Below, in pieces: positions 40,501 to 52,972 of a DNA stretch of 64,000 nucleotides. This DNA is from Perkinsus olseni. Its lineage: Eukaryota. The translations under genes and the position numbers were made by a program. Every line of letters begins with the position of its first letter. Positions within the stretch are counted from its first letter, which is position 1. The stretch is from assembly GCA_013115125.1 (NCBI GenBank), contig JABANN010000020.1:1-64000 (forward strand). The letters are read 5' to 3'. Under the pieces are notes generated by a model. The model saw only the letters and a program-made list of their open reading frames with translations, was not told where the DNA came from and searched no databases.

Positions 40501-43500
40501 CTACGGGTACGGCTACGCCCTCATTGCCGAGTGGAACAGCCTCTCCATCTACCGAGAAGGAAGAAGAAGGTTACCACTGGCCCCTGCTCAGTGGTGTGAA
40601 AGAATCGGCCTCAGGCTTCGGTCTATCCCAGGGTGGCTTCCAAGGACTTCGGGCTGAGGACCTGAGCCATCAAGCTCAATTGGCGGTAGCTCCACACCCT
40701 CAGTCAATGTCCAACGCCTCGCTACTTCAGCTGGACCACATGGACCGGACGGACGAGCTCATCAGGCTTGCGGACTGTGCCGATCTGCAGCGACGTCATC
40801 ATAAGGGGGTCCTACAACAGGTTATTGTGTTCCCGTGGATAGAGAGCCTCCACCGATGGGGATGTAGCAGGTTGGCGACGCCCTGGCGGCTGAGGAGCGT
40901 CACAGTCAGCGCCTCGCCCGTGCACAGCAGCTCTTCCGAGAGATGGAGGGGCCTGGTGATGGTGGCAACAGCGGCCGTGATGGTACGGCCCAGACGGACA
41001 GTCACGCTAGGCCAGAAGGGCCCTTGCGCGAGGGAGAAGAAGGAGCCCCTATTCCGATGGGGGTTCAGACGATAACACCGTGGGAGGCCACGGTGGGTGT
41101 TGCCTTCACCTCTGGTCGTCGTGCAGCGGTCCCTCAGGCACCCTCGGTTGAGGCTATCGGCCTCCAGACTGAAGTGGGAAGACTGGAGATGGAAATCGAC
41201 TCGGAACACTCCCTGGCAGCCACCGATGCTCTAGACCAAGCCGTAGAGCGCACTCCTGCCTTGCTTCGCCACGGCCGCCTGGGCAGTTACGCGGAGGGGG
41301 CTCCTTCCAGGGACCGTTGCCGAGCCTGAGCTATCCGATGTGGACCCAGACAGAGGCACCCAGTCGAGGAGTAGACCAGGTACCGCCGTAAAGCCTCGTC
41401 CCTCGTGCCCTGGCTTATCCCCATAGTCAGGCGGTGCAGCCAACGCCTAGTGTGTCCTCAAGCAGATCTAATGCGCGATGGGATGGTAGCAGGAGGAGCG
41501 AAGGAGGTGCTGACCACGACGTCGGCCTGCCTAGGTGCCACGGGTATGGGTGATGTAGGTTCCCCGAGGGTCCTTGCTAGCAGTAGCAGCCCCTCTAGTC
41601 GTACCTACTCTATGGTGGGCTTCGAGGACGAGGAGGCTACGGCGTCCGAGGTCTCCATGGTCCAGCCCGGATCTGCGGTTACCTCATCCTTCCACTCCGA
41701 TATATCCCTCCCCTTCGCGACACCATTCAGCGACTGGAGGTCGGCCTCGACGGGCAGAGGCCCAGGGTCCGACCCAGAGGAGGCCAGCATCCTGAGCGCT
41801 AGTGCAGCACTAGAAGGGCACCTAAACCTCACCTACAGGAACCTGAGGACTGAGCGCTCCCATCATGGCGGTGCCGAGGCCAGCGAGGCGGTGAGGATTT
41901 CGCTCGTCTCGGTAGGATCGCCAGTGTGATGGCTGTTACTATTCAGGCGCTACGGTCCAGCCATACCTCGTTGTACGAGTCCAGGCTGAGCAACAGCCCC
42001 TCCTCTGCTGCGTCCATTCTGACTGAGCTCACTATTGATGGCCGCCACAACGTGAGTGTGGAGGAGGTCAGCGGTGCCTTGGCCCGGAGGAGGAAGAAGG
42101 CCGAGGAGGATGTCGAGGAGCGTATCAGGAGCAGCAAGGAGAAGATGGCTGCTGGCAAGGAGAGGGATATCCCTTCGCCGCAGAAGAGGCGTCGGGAGCG
42201 TCGTCGGGTTCGTCATGATCGATATTGTTGCCGGGTGGGTCACGCGTAGGCCCTCAGGCAGCCGAAGATAGGAAGCGGAGACAGCGAGGGGCGAAGGTGG
42301 ACTCCGCTAGGCTATCTTTGGAGAGGCTGAGTGGAGGAGGCCAGAGGGATTCCCGAGAGTCCAGTGGATCGAGTACAGACTCCCTGTCGATTATCATCAG
42401 AGGTAGGGAAGCCTTCCATTGGTTCTCTGCTTCCACGTTGCCCGCACAGATGCCGAGAGACGGCTCCTATCGCAGCAGCAGAGGCTCAGGTCGAAGAACG
42501 AGGCCGCTGCTAAGGATGCTAAGGCAACCGAGGAGGCTCTGAGGGATAACGAAGCCAAACTTAGGAAGGTTGGGTACTTGAAGGAGCTGAAAAGAGAGGT
42601 GTGTAGGCCAGTTGGCCAGCCCAGTGGAAGGCGGGATTAATTTACAGATTGCTGATGCACGACGGGAGAGCGAGGGGCCGTTTGATATAGCACAACCCTT
42701 CGAGCAGGCGGAGCGGAGCCCAGCCGGGGCCACCGCAGCGTGGGCGTTGTCATCTCTGGGCATCCGGTCCTTAGGGGAGCTTCTCAGGATCCCCGAGACT
42801 CTCTCGGCCGACGAGGAAGCCTCTGCTGGGGCCACAGACGCCATAACGGGGTCTCCCGAGGTGGTAGGTGGGGGAGCTAAGGGGACCAAGTCCACAGGAG
42901 ATCAGGATTCTCAGGCATCGAGAGCGGACACTGGCGAGGAGGCAATTGAGGAAGTGCCGTCGGCGGGGCTGCTGCCTGGGGTCGATGATGATGAGGAGGC
43001 CCTTGCTGGTACCGATGACGACAGGAAGGTGGGCTTCATTTGGAGTGATGCTTCCACGAGGAAGGGCTTTCGGTTCAGTCCGTGTCCTCCACTCAACAGA
43101 GGATCCACGCTGTGGAGGTTCAGAACGAAGACGACAGTCATAGCAAGCTTGAAGGTGCCGTCAGAACGAGGCCTGCCCCAATCATGTCTATCAGGACTTC
43201 TTCCCTTCTCAGCGGTCGGCACGACGCTGGCCCGACCTGAACTGCCCTCTGCTAGCAGCCCGGATACTCTATTGAGAACCCCTGATAGCGATAGAGGAGC
43301 TGACTACCTGGAAGTAGGGCAGCTATAGCCTCCCAGTGGGGACTATCCGTGCGCAGGAGGAGCCTTCGCACGATCTCTCGGACTCTGCGGTTCTGATTGC
43401 GGACCCAGTGGAAGCGGCCAAGGCAGTCGCGGAGGCGAAGGTCCCGTCTGTCCGGAAGGTAAGGCGTTGACCCTTTCCTGCGTGAAGATCTCTCGACAGG

Positions 43501-44884
43501 AAGCCTCTACCGGCGGTGCCGGTCAAGGCAGCGGCGGCCACCGTGAATACGAGTCGTCCTCGGAACAGTTCCTGGAGGTGGCCCGGTTTGAGGCCAAGTC
43601 TCCGGTTGTGACGAAGGAGAGCGCGGAGGATCTCGAGATCGACAAGATGGAGGTGGAGACGGCTCCGACCGTTCGGGTTTTAGACTGAGTTGGCCAGGTG
43701 GTTGAGGAAGCTCCCGTACAGAGCCCCGAGCTGGTTACTGTATTAACGAGGCCACCGACTACCGCCAGCAGCAGCAGTAGAGGCTCGTCGTCGGCCCACA
43801 GGGTAGAGGGGGAACTGACAGCTGGTAGCAGTAGTAGCGCTAGCAGTATATCTACTGATGTGCCTTCGACGTCACCTTCAGACTCCGTTTCGCCTATCCC
43901 CAACAGCGACGCCTTGTTAGGATGGGCCCGCGGCTTGCCCAAAGCTGAGCATGATCAGTGCATCGAACACGTCACCGAGCACGTAACCAAGCGCCCCTTC
44001 CTTATGCCTGTCCATAAGCTGAAGATTTCTATACAGTAATATGCTATTGAGCGATACCTCAGGTACTCGAGTCCCTGCTGGACGATAGAGCTCTCGAAAG
44101 GAAGATTCTCTCCACCCTCGCTCGAGGCGATAGCCCGGTGGAGAATGGTGCCACTGAAGACGCCTGTAGGAAGCTGCACGAGGAGCGGCTTGCCAGCTCG
44201 AAGGCTGCCGCTGCTGCTGTGGTCGAAGAGGCGCAGAAGAAGTGAGCCAGTGCCCGAGTAATCGGCCGCTGGACTTCCGCTAATGCAGGTTTAGCGGCAC
44301 TGCGGAGATGGCAGATTCAGTGGCCATTGAGGGAGGCCTCACCGACGTTGCCCTACCAGCTGAGATGCAGTCCAAGGTCGTGTCGGAAGGGGAGCTGTTA
44401 CGTCATGGTTGCGCTTCCTCAGATGCCTACCCTCTCTGGTTACACCTGCCGGCTTCTATGGGAATCTTGCATCGAGCTAGCTCAGCAGCCGTCCGAGGCA
44501 CATCGGACGTGTGCCCTCTGGAGCAAACGCTTCCCTGGCACGAAGTCCCCGCTGACTCCCTTCGTCGCTGTCATGAACTCATGGACTTCAATTCAGCAAC
44601 AATTAAACCAGATACTCGAGATAAACTCCGACTTGCGCATGCGTGCAGAGACTGGTTTGCACCACTCGGAGGTGCAGCAGGCAGAAGAGCGGCGGGTTGA
44701 CGAGATGGCGATGAGGGCAGTTTCTGGTATTGCCATAACTGGTGTTACGGCCCTCTTCGACTGGAGGCAGCGGAGGAGTATACGATCGAGGATCTTAGAG
44801 GATGTGGACGAGCAAGTGTTCGGAGCGCTGGTGGAGGACTTCGCTTTAGAACTTAGAGATGAGTACGAGGAGGGTGGGGGATGA
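37585..44884 (+). CDS. Very large low-complexity, Ser/Pro/Arg-rich hypothetical protein with central coiled coil; C-terminus loosely DUF4378/CEP350-like
   Basis: Long plus-strand exons (e.g. ORF 38039-40207) joined by short GT-AG introns; ends ...ILEDVDEQVFGALVEDFALELRDEYEEGG*. May be more than one gene. Confidence 0.5.
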
Positions 44885-45747
44885 TTGCAAGCTTGTAATA
44901 ATGTTCAACGTCTGATGATTTCGATGAGTAGTGTTGTGGAATAGTATGGAATAAGATTAAGGTAGAGGGGGTGAGGGGAGTTACGGCCTACGCGAACATC
45001 TCATGGTGGCTGTGGGGGTTCGAAAGGATGAGCTCAAAATGTCGTCTGAGGATGAGATTGAAGAGAGCACACCCTTAGGCTTCTCTCGACCACTCGGCCG
45101 CCAGCTTCCGGAAATGTGGATCGTCCGTCGGCAGGAGTATCTTCGGAACCATGATGCTACGCTGCGTGAAGGAACGGCATGCCTGATATCTTCTCTTGGG
45201 CGTGCTGAGGCGGTAGGCGGATGACCCTCACGAGTGATATCGGAATGAGTGAATATTATAACTCTCTAGCACAACAGCAGTAGACGAATACGCTATTAAT
45301 AATCTTGGGGGTCCGTCATCCACATCAGCAACATGAGAATGGTCAGGTGAAACCAGTGGCTTGTTATCGACTCGACCGGCGTCATCTTCCCCCATGAGCT
45401 GCGAAGATCTTATGCTTTTGATCACTCACCAGCACTGCGTTTTCTCTTGAACTCATTCCTGTGTGTCTGTGTTGAGATTCCACGCAACCCAGCCCAATCA
45501 CGACCGCCATGCAGTCTTCAGACGGGCAAACGAACAGCCAGCTGGTGAATTATTCCTGATTGACATAAGCTCACTTCTGTCTCTTCTACCAAATACGAAA
45601 TGTACTGCTCGAATGCGCTGTCTCTGAAGCGTCATATACCGATAGCCACTATCAGCGGTGACAATGGCACATCCGTTTGGTGAACTTAATATCTCCAACT
45701 CGACAACTTCTCCGATCAACATCAACATCATGACCAAACACGACCCA

Positions 45748-46678
45748 CTACTTCCTTGCCTCATAATCTTCTAATCTATATTTAATCGGCTCGATTCGCC
45801 CTCCATTTCTGCGCATCAGCTCTCGAGCTCGAGGCACCTTAACGGTGAGGTACTTCTTTATCCAGCCCAATCCCTTGCTGTATCCTTCTGGAGGGTCCGA
45901 TTCGATTATTTTCATGAGTTCAGAACATTTGCTTTCGGTCATCCCGCCTGATGCGAACGCTTGCATGATTGTCTCTTCCAGATGCACCAAAGGCATGACT
46001 TCGAAGAATACGCTCTTCACTAGCTCGGGTCTTCTCTCCATCTTTCCAATCATCCCATCCCACATGACATGGTAGTGACTTTGCCTCGTCTCGCTATCCG
46101 CCACTCTGACACAAGAGTAGACTCACACGGGCTGATTATCTCGGATCTCACCGGTATACGATTCCCATTGTTTGTGGATCCTGGTCCTCCAATCTTACCG
46201 TGCACATGCCTTCAAATTGAGCCACGATTAATACGCCGTCCGAAGTATCAGCTCGACAGAAGTACGGCGAATTTCTTATCTACAAGAGCAACAAGCACCA
46301 GCAAAAAATGTTGTCCACGATACAGGTAACCTTGTACACGAAACTTACACGTTGTATGGACCCCCACGGCTCCCCCTCAACCACCAATGAACCTTTCTTC
46401 GGGCCATTCTCACTTCTTTCCTCACCCTTCTGTTCACCCTTCTGTTCACCCTTCTGTTCACCCTTCTGTTCACCCTTCTGTTTACCCTTCTGTTTACCCT
46501 TCTGTTCACCCTTCCCTGCATCCTTCCCTGCACCCATCCCCGCACCCTTCGCCGAACTCTTCCCCGAACCCTTCCCCGAACCCTTCCTCGAACCCTTACC
46601 TGTACGTTTTCTCGCGCCCTTTCCCGCAGTAAGAACGAGAAGGGTCAGTAGGAGGACGAACCGAGCAAAGGCTGCCAT
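45748..46678 (-). CDS. Secreted hypothetical protein with Lys/Gly tetrapeptide repeats; 3' end approximate
   Basis: Signal-like [19 protein letters not shown], then (G/Q)KG(A/S/E/K) repeats; downstream exon 45748-46104. Confidence 0.6.
46423..46600. repeat. Coding 12-bp minisatellite (CACCCTTCTGTT units, degenerating to GAACCCTTCCCC)
   Basis: Tandem array read directly; encodes QKGE/QKGK/GKGS on the minus strand. Confidence 0.9.
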
Positions 46679-46997
46679 TAAAAAAAGACGCTCGAGTGCT
46701 GAAGGGAAAGTCGATGGAGCATTCCAGTAGATTGGTGATAACGACACGAATGTGCCATGCTAAGCAAAAGATGCCGAGCTAAGGTGGCAATCATGACCTT
46801 AGCGTAGCTCACTGCTACATAGGCCACACCTCAAGCGAGCATCGTGTGCGTGCCCATACTCGCGCGTGTTGGAGCTGCCGCGGCGGCTGGCCCCAACATT
46901 TCCCTAGATGCAACTCCGCCCCATCGGTCTGAGTGGGTGCCGGAGCCACACCGCTTATGTTGAAGGACTGAGTGTCCAGTAGAAGATTTGAGCTAGC

Positions 46998-47069
46998 ATG
47001 AGCTATGGAGAGACGGCACACGGGCAACTCACAATGAGCTATGGAGAGACGGCACACGGGCAACTCACA
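46998..47069. repeat. Perfect 36-bp tandem duplication
   Basis: ATGAGCTATGGAGAGACGGCACACGGGCAACTCACA occurs twice in tandem. Confidence 0.92.
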
Positions 47070-47555
47070 AACCACCTGTCTCGTCTCATGATACCAGCGC
47101 ACGCCCCTGCTTAAGCAGCTTGCTAAGCTCGCGACCTAGAGGCTTATGTATGTAGCGGAGAGGGGCTCATGAGTACTCCCAAAGTAGCCAGTTGGAGGCT
47201 TATGGAATGCCATAGCGTCCCGCTAAGAGTGTGTATGACAGGCGCCCGTTAACGGCCGAAGAAGCGGGGCAGCGATTTGCCAATGGTGATGATGCTGTTG
47301 CAAGAGAATAACGCGCTTCTCAGCAAGCTCCCAATAGTGACGAACACAACATTTCCAGGCATTCCCGTTCTCGCCACGGAATTGCCGACTACCAGCATCA
47401 GCGATCCACCAGCCTGATGAAACCACAGAAATCCTGGTAAAGGATAGCGTACGTTGTAATGATGCAGAGAAGCGTATACAAACAACAAGAACAACAACAA
47501 TGTTATCATCTTCGTGTAGGCGAGCAGGGAGGAGGAGGACCATCACATCAACCGA

Positions 47556-50500
47556 CTACTGGATATCGCAGGATGACGATTGGGTTATCTGCAAACCTCT
47601 AGCGACAGACAAGCGTGCTGACTTGTCAGAATACGCCAACAGCTGGTCACCACAGCCGGAGATGTAACCAGCGGGGATAGGCTGGGCTCCGATGAAGAGC
47701 CCGTGGGAGTTGAAAACGTGCATTAAGCGTTGCTCAGACAAAATGAGCACAAGGTCACCAGCAGGGGTCTCCTGTATAGAGACGCAAGCCTTGTAGTCGC
47801 CACTGATAGGCCGCCTTACGGACCTCCATTTACCAGTGGACGGAGAGCCCACGTACAGCTTACCATCCTCTGACGAAACTATGGCAAACTCACCATCACC
47901 CTTAACGGTGATGGCCGCGATGGAGGTGGCCTCGACTGGCAGGCCAGAGTTGCGGAGAATGGACTCGCCAGATTTGCAGGAGTATAGCTGATCGTCATCA
48001 AGCAGTACATAGACCTCTTCGCCCTTAACAACAACATCCTTGATCTCCTTATCTTTGGCGTACTCAGTGGCCGCTGCACACTTCAACGGTGATGAGGACA
48101 CGGCTGGGACCGAGGGATAGACTTCGCGCAGAGAATGGAAGTCCGCCAGTACAGTCCTACTCTTACTACTACCACAGGCCATCTTACGGGGAGTGTACCA
48201 TACCAAGTGCTCAGGAAGGCGGAGTTCATCCTGTGCCATATACGTTACGTCGATGGGGCCGCTGGATTCACCATTAGTATCCACAGCAGCTAGCCTACGA
48301 TGGTGTATGTTCCTCTCGTTAAACGAAGGGTCATACTTCAATGATACCTCAGCACTAGTCTCAGCTATAGCGAAGAGCCAGGCTGCGACTATCACTGCGC
48401 TACCAAAGCGGAAGAGTAGATAGGGGATCCTAACCTTCTCGCGGTGACTGGCATCAGTGGCTGCCTGAATAGCCGCCCTCTCTTGGTCCAGCAGAGCCTT
48501 GGACTTCAACTCGAACTGCTTCAGCTGGGACTCTACAGACTTGGTAGTCTCCTTGTAGTCGTATATGCCAGCATCCTTGGTTGGGGCGTCCCACTTGATC
48601 TCGCCTGTCTCCACGTTAAGGTAATACGGCAGATTCTCGCCACCATCAGTCTTGTAACCAAGTCTTATCCACCCCTCAGTAGGATTGAACGGAGTGCCCG
48701 GAGTGGCATCGCCCTTCCCTCTCTCCTCTCCCAACAGCTGAGCAAGCTTCTTCCTGTCCTTCTCGAACCTAACCTTCAACTTGGTCAGCTCCTTTCGCTC
48801 CTGAGAAGCAACTAGTCACGATGAGTCGGCGGCGCGCCACAGCTTATTATTACAGAGTCCGACAGAAGATGCTCCTCCTTGGCCCAGTGCTTGAAGATCT
48901 TCTGCATGTCCTTCTCCGCCTTACTACAGGCGTATTTAAGGTCCTTGGAGATATCAGGATGATACTCGCCAGCCTTAGCCTCGTCTTGCTGACCCGTAGG
49001 CTTGTGCACGCCCCAGTCATTGATTGGCCCCTCATCCGTGAAGCCAGGTAGACCGGACGAGTTCACAATCCTGAGGCATTGAGTTTATTGTATGGTTGTT
49101 AGGTGTATAATACTACTTCGGCTCCGCGACAGGCTCACTGACTTCCTTGATGGTCTCTAGACCGAATCCAAGCACATCAATGCACCATACCGTAGAGAAC
49201 TTCACTGGCAAGCCATTCTTATCAGCCACAGTCAAGTATCTGACGCAGACGAAGATTCGGTGACCCGCGCACGAGCCGAAGCCGGGACGCAACCCATCGC
49301 TTACACGAAGAATAGCTCGTAGAAGAGGCTCATGATATGTGCAGCTAGGGCGAAGATGAGTGCCGGTCGCTCGTTGACTTGGGGCAACTGAATAGAGATC
49401 GATCAGAGATGAGAGCACGAAGGAGCATCCCTCGGATACGTCTAGTAGTTAAAATGGTTGCTGTTGCTGGTACTACCTGAACGTCGAAGCTGTTACCCCA
49501 TACATACTCACAGAGTACTGCGGCACAATAGAGGAAAGGCGGCACAGCTGTGAGGAATGCCTGAGGCGGGGAGAGGTACGAAGGGGCCAGTGACGGTGAG
49601 CCGTACCATGATGCAGAATTCTATAAAGCTGAGAGTAAGGTTCATCTTAGCATTCAGTAGGGCCGCTACTGAGCATAAGGTGACTATAACGTAGGCAGCC
49701 AGAGGATTGCCCCAGAAGTAACCCCAGTAGAGCAAGGCGAAGTATCCGAGCGCATATAGTATTTGCAGGGTACCTGTTATCAAGCTCCGCTCCAGCCTGC
49801 CAGGAGCTGTTACTACCCATGCACATGCAGACTCTGGCGTAAGCCTCATGTCCCTGCCATTTCCTATGCAGCTGGTTGAATAGGGCAAAGTGCTGCTTGA
49901 AGGTGTCCCATTCGGTGGTCAAATCCTTGATCTCCTGAAAACGTGAGAGACTATAACGATATGATCAGGGAAGTGTCGTAACAGCAACAGCTGCCTCTCA
50001 GTCGAGGGTGGTATCAACTGTAGTGGTGCAAAACTAGAGGCGAAAGTCGGAGCTTTCGTACGTTCTTCGATTTGGCTCCCTTATGCTTAAGGCCAGGGAT
50101 CTTGAGATTACTCTCACGGGCATACTCCGTGACGACAGGGACACGGAACCATCCCCCGACGCCAGAACCTGCACAGTAACATAGAAGGGAGAAGTGGCAG
50201 TCATAGTACGAACCTTCGAAATCTTCCAGCCTAGCCGAGCCCTCGGAAATCTCCATAGCACTCGCAACTGGCAGACGGAGCCACTGCGTCAGGGACCTCA
50301 CTGAATAGGTCTGGGCGGAGATAGAGGCATGAAGTGCGAGCCAGATGGAAAGAAAGAAGTAGAAGAAGGCGGCGCCTGATGAGAGGGAGATAAGGCGAGT
50401 TGTGGACAGAACTGAAGGGCTTACCTAACGTTATCGACCAGGGCCAGAACAACCAGTTGGGGGCTAGAAGTGGGGTCCTTCCCTTGTAGAACATCTCCGT

Positions 50501-50768
50501 GCAAAACCCCACCAAAAGAGTACTCACAAGCTGAAAACGGCACAATGCGCCGGGCGAGAAACAGAGGGTTGCCTACCATATAGCAGTCCATCTTGCCAAT
50601 TGTAAGGCCGAATAAATCTCTCAGATCCTCTCTGTACAGGACTACTGCCATGACCCTCTGTTTCTGATGCTGGTACAGATTCTTCTGCCGCATCGTGCGG
50701 TTGAAGTTATAGACTTCACGATTGTAGCTGAACCATTCAACTCCACCATCAGCAGCAGCCTCAGCCAT
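47556..50768 (-). CDS. Multi-pass membrane protein with WW domain and C-terminal Cys-containing beta-rich domain
   Basis: MAEAAADGGVEWFSYNREVYNF...KMDCYMLVSTLLVGF; several TM exons; WW-like EGWIRLGY...PYYLNVETGEIKWDAP; a final TM, then about 250 aa of beta-rich sequence. Confidence 0.7.
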
Positions 50769-51465
50769 GATGCTTTATGTGTGTATAGTGGTAGTAGAGA
50801 CGAAGGTTGGTGGGTAGCAGTGTCGAAGCAGTCGGCTGTTGCTGCAGGAGAAGTGGACAGATAGGACCAACAACAGCAACTAGCAACGATCACAGTCCTC
50901 TCCCTCCGCACCCAGAAGTCCCCTTTTCGTGACATACGACGGAAAGATTAGATCCCCTTGCTGATATGAAACTAACAGCGTTGTATCGATTCCCACCCGC
51001 AACTTTCCGTTTACTACCTTGTAGAGCATCCCTGGATGAAGAGACACGACCTGAGTGCCAATATTACAGCAGGTGAATTCTATCTACTATCACAATTATA
51101 ACCGGTGGTTATTAGCCATCATCATACAAGCCCTGCACTACAGTACAAACTACTGACTTTCCCAAGCCAAGGCAATGTCCGAAAATAGCAGCAGCAGCTG
51201 CGGCGGCGGCGGCGGCTCAGCGAGCACGCACTGTAAAGGATATGGCAGGGTCTGGTCTGTCCATCTGTGATGCCGTACCATGTGAGCTCCTGGGAGGGGC
51301 CTCCTTCTGGGGAACGAATAAAAGCCTCTTCTCTGCGCCCGAGACTGAAGCCTTCATACCGATACCAATCTTCAGCGAAAAAAGCCGAAAAAAACCAAAA
51401 TCTGAGCGGAGCGAAGCATCACCCTCCACTTCACGGCTCAACTACTGCTAAGCAGCAGGGCTCCA

Positions 51466-52865
51466 ATGTCGCTGACGTTATCGGACGAGTCGTTTGCCTA
51501 CCAGGCGATCTTCCCTGAGGCCACTGAGGATAATAAAAGCACCTCTAATGTTGGGCTGAGGGCTGACGGGCGGACACCACTGGACTGTCGAAGGTTGAAG
51601 CTCCGGCTTGGGCCAGCACTTGGCCAGTCCGAGTGCCGTATAGGGAACACTTGGGTGAGGGCAGTGGTGACGGGTAATAGAGAGGTGGTCGATGATAGGA
51701 ATCATACGAACGCTTTATGTAGGAGAGGTGGTCACTCCCCCTCCCGAGAGGCCCAATGAGGGTAAACTGTTCATCAGTGTCGACTATGGCGCGATAACAG
51801 GCAGCGCCACACTGCCATCGGGGGACTCTGCCGGGCTACCTGGATCGGCCCAGACGCCCGAGGCAGTCTCTCTGTGTAACCAGCTGGAGCGAATGCTGAA
51901 AGGATCAAAGTAGTACGAGGGGGGAGAGGTGATGGTGACGACCGTAGTGAGCAGGGCCGTCGACGTGGAGGCATTATGCATAGCTGGTGGCAGCAGGGTC
52001 TGGAGTGTCCGACTGGATGTTCATGTCCTCACTGATGCCGTGAGTTAATACGGAGTGAGGTCCTCTGCACAGTCGTCCTGTGTAGGGTAATGCTGGTGAT
52101 GCAGCAGCAACAGCAAGTGTGGCTGCATTGATGCACTACAGACGGTCCGAAGTAACAACTCTCGAGGGTTCAACTATGGTCAGGGAGGAGGTAGTAGTGA
52201 TCATAACTATCATACTGAGCACCGCATATGCTTGATGGCTCTCAGCTGGAGCCAATGCCGCTATCAATCCATCACATGCCCCTTCCTCTCACGTTCGTCC
52301 TCGTTAAGAGCCCTGATGGATCCACTTCAGCAGTACTGGCAGACCCGACCTCTCTAGAAGAACGGCTCAGCGGCGGCGCTCTGTTAGTTGTAAGCTACCA
52401 TGCGTTACCGAATTCGCAAAGCCTTCCTCCCTTCTCCTTCAGATCGTAGTGAATCAGTATGGCGAGTTGTGCAGTATACTGAAGCCTGGCGGCACTTCCT
52501 GCCCTTTGCCGACTATCGTCAGCTGCATACACGCGGCCACAGGACGCGCGAAGGAGGTTCATAAAATGATCGCTGATGCTGTAGGACGTCTAGGCCGTCG
52601 GATTTGATATTATTCTCAACTCGCCTCAGCTGGAGAAGGATGCCAGTCAGCGCGAGAGCCGTAAGAAGGACATTCATCACAAATACAACGCCAGAACAGT
52701 ATTAACAATCAGCACTGATGGCAGTGAGAAGGCCGTAGCGCAAGACGCTGAAGTAGGCGGGGTGGTGGTGTCCAGAGCCCCCTCATCGTGTGCTTTCAGG
52801 ATGGCAGTGCTGCTAAGAGCAGTGATGGTACACCCGAACCCAAGAAGGCTCGAACTAACGTCTAA
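51466..52865 (+). CDS. RRP45: Exosome complex RNase PH-like subunit RRP45/EXOSC9
   Basis: LRADGRTPLDCR, PPPERPNEGKLFI, AVDVEALCIAGGSRVWSVRLDVHVL, AALMHYRR, PMPLSIHHMP. Confidence 0.9.
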
Positions 52866-52972
52866 TGTTTACGAATAACGTTGTTTCCTATCAGACCAAT
52901 TCTTGTTGCTCACAGTGGAGGGAGAGGCTTGGCTCGTCGTTGTTTTACCGTCAGCATTTGAGCCTCCGTACC

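Noticed and set aside
46345-46730. Alternative-frame repeat ORFs (VNRR, HPSV, FCSP repeats) and possible CRISPR-like array
   Set aside because: A simple 12-bp minisatellite with no spacers; only the signal-peptide frame is plausible.
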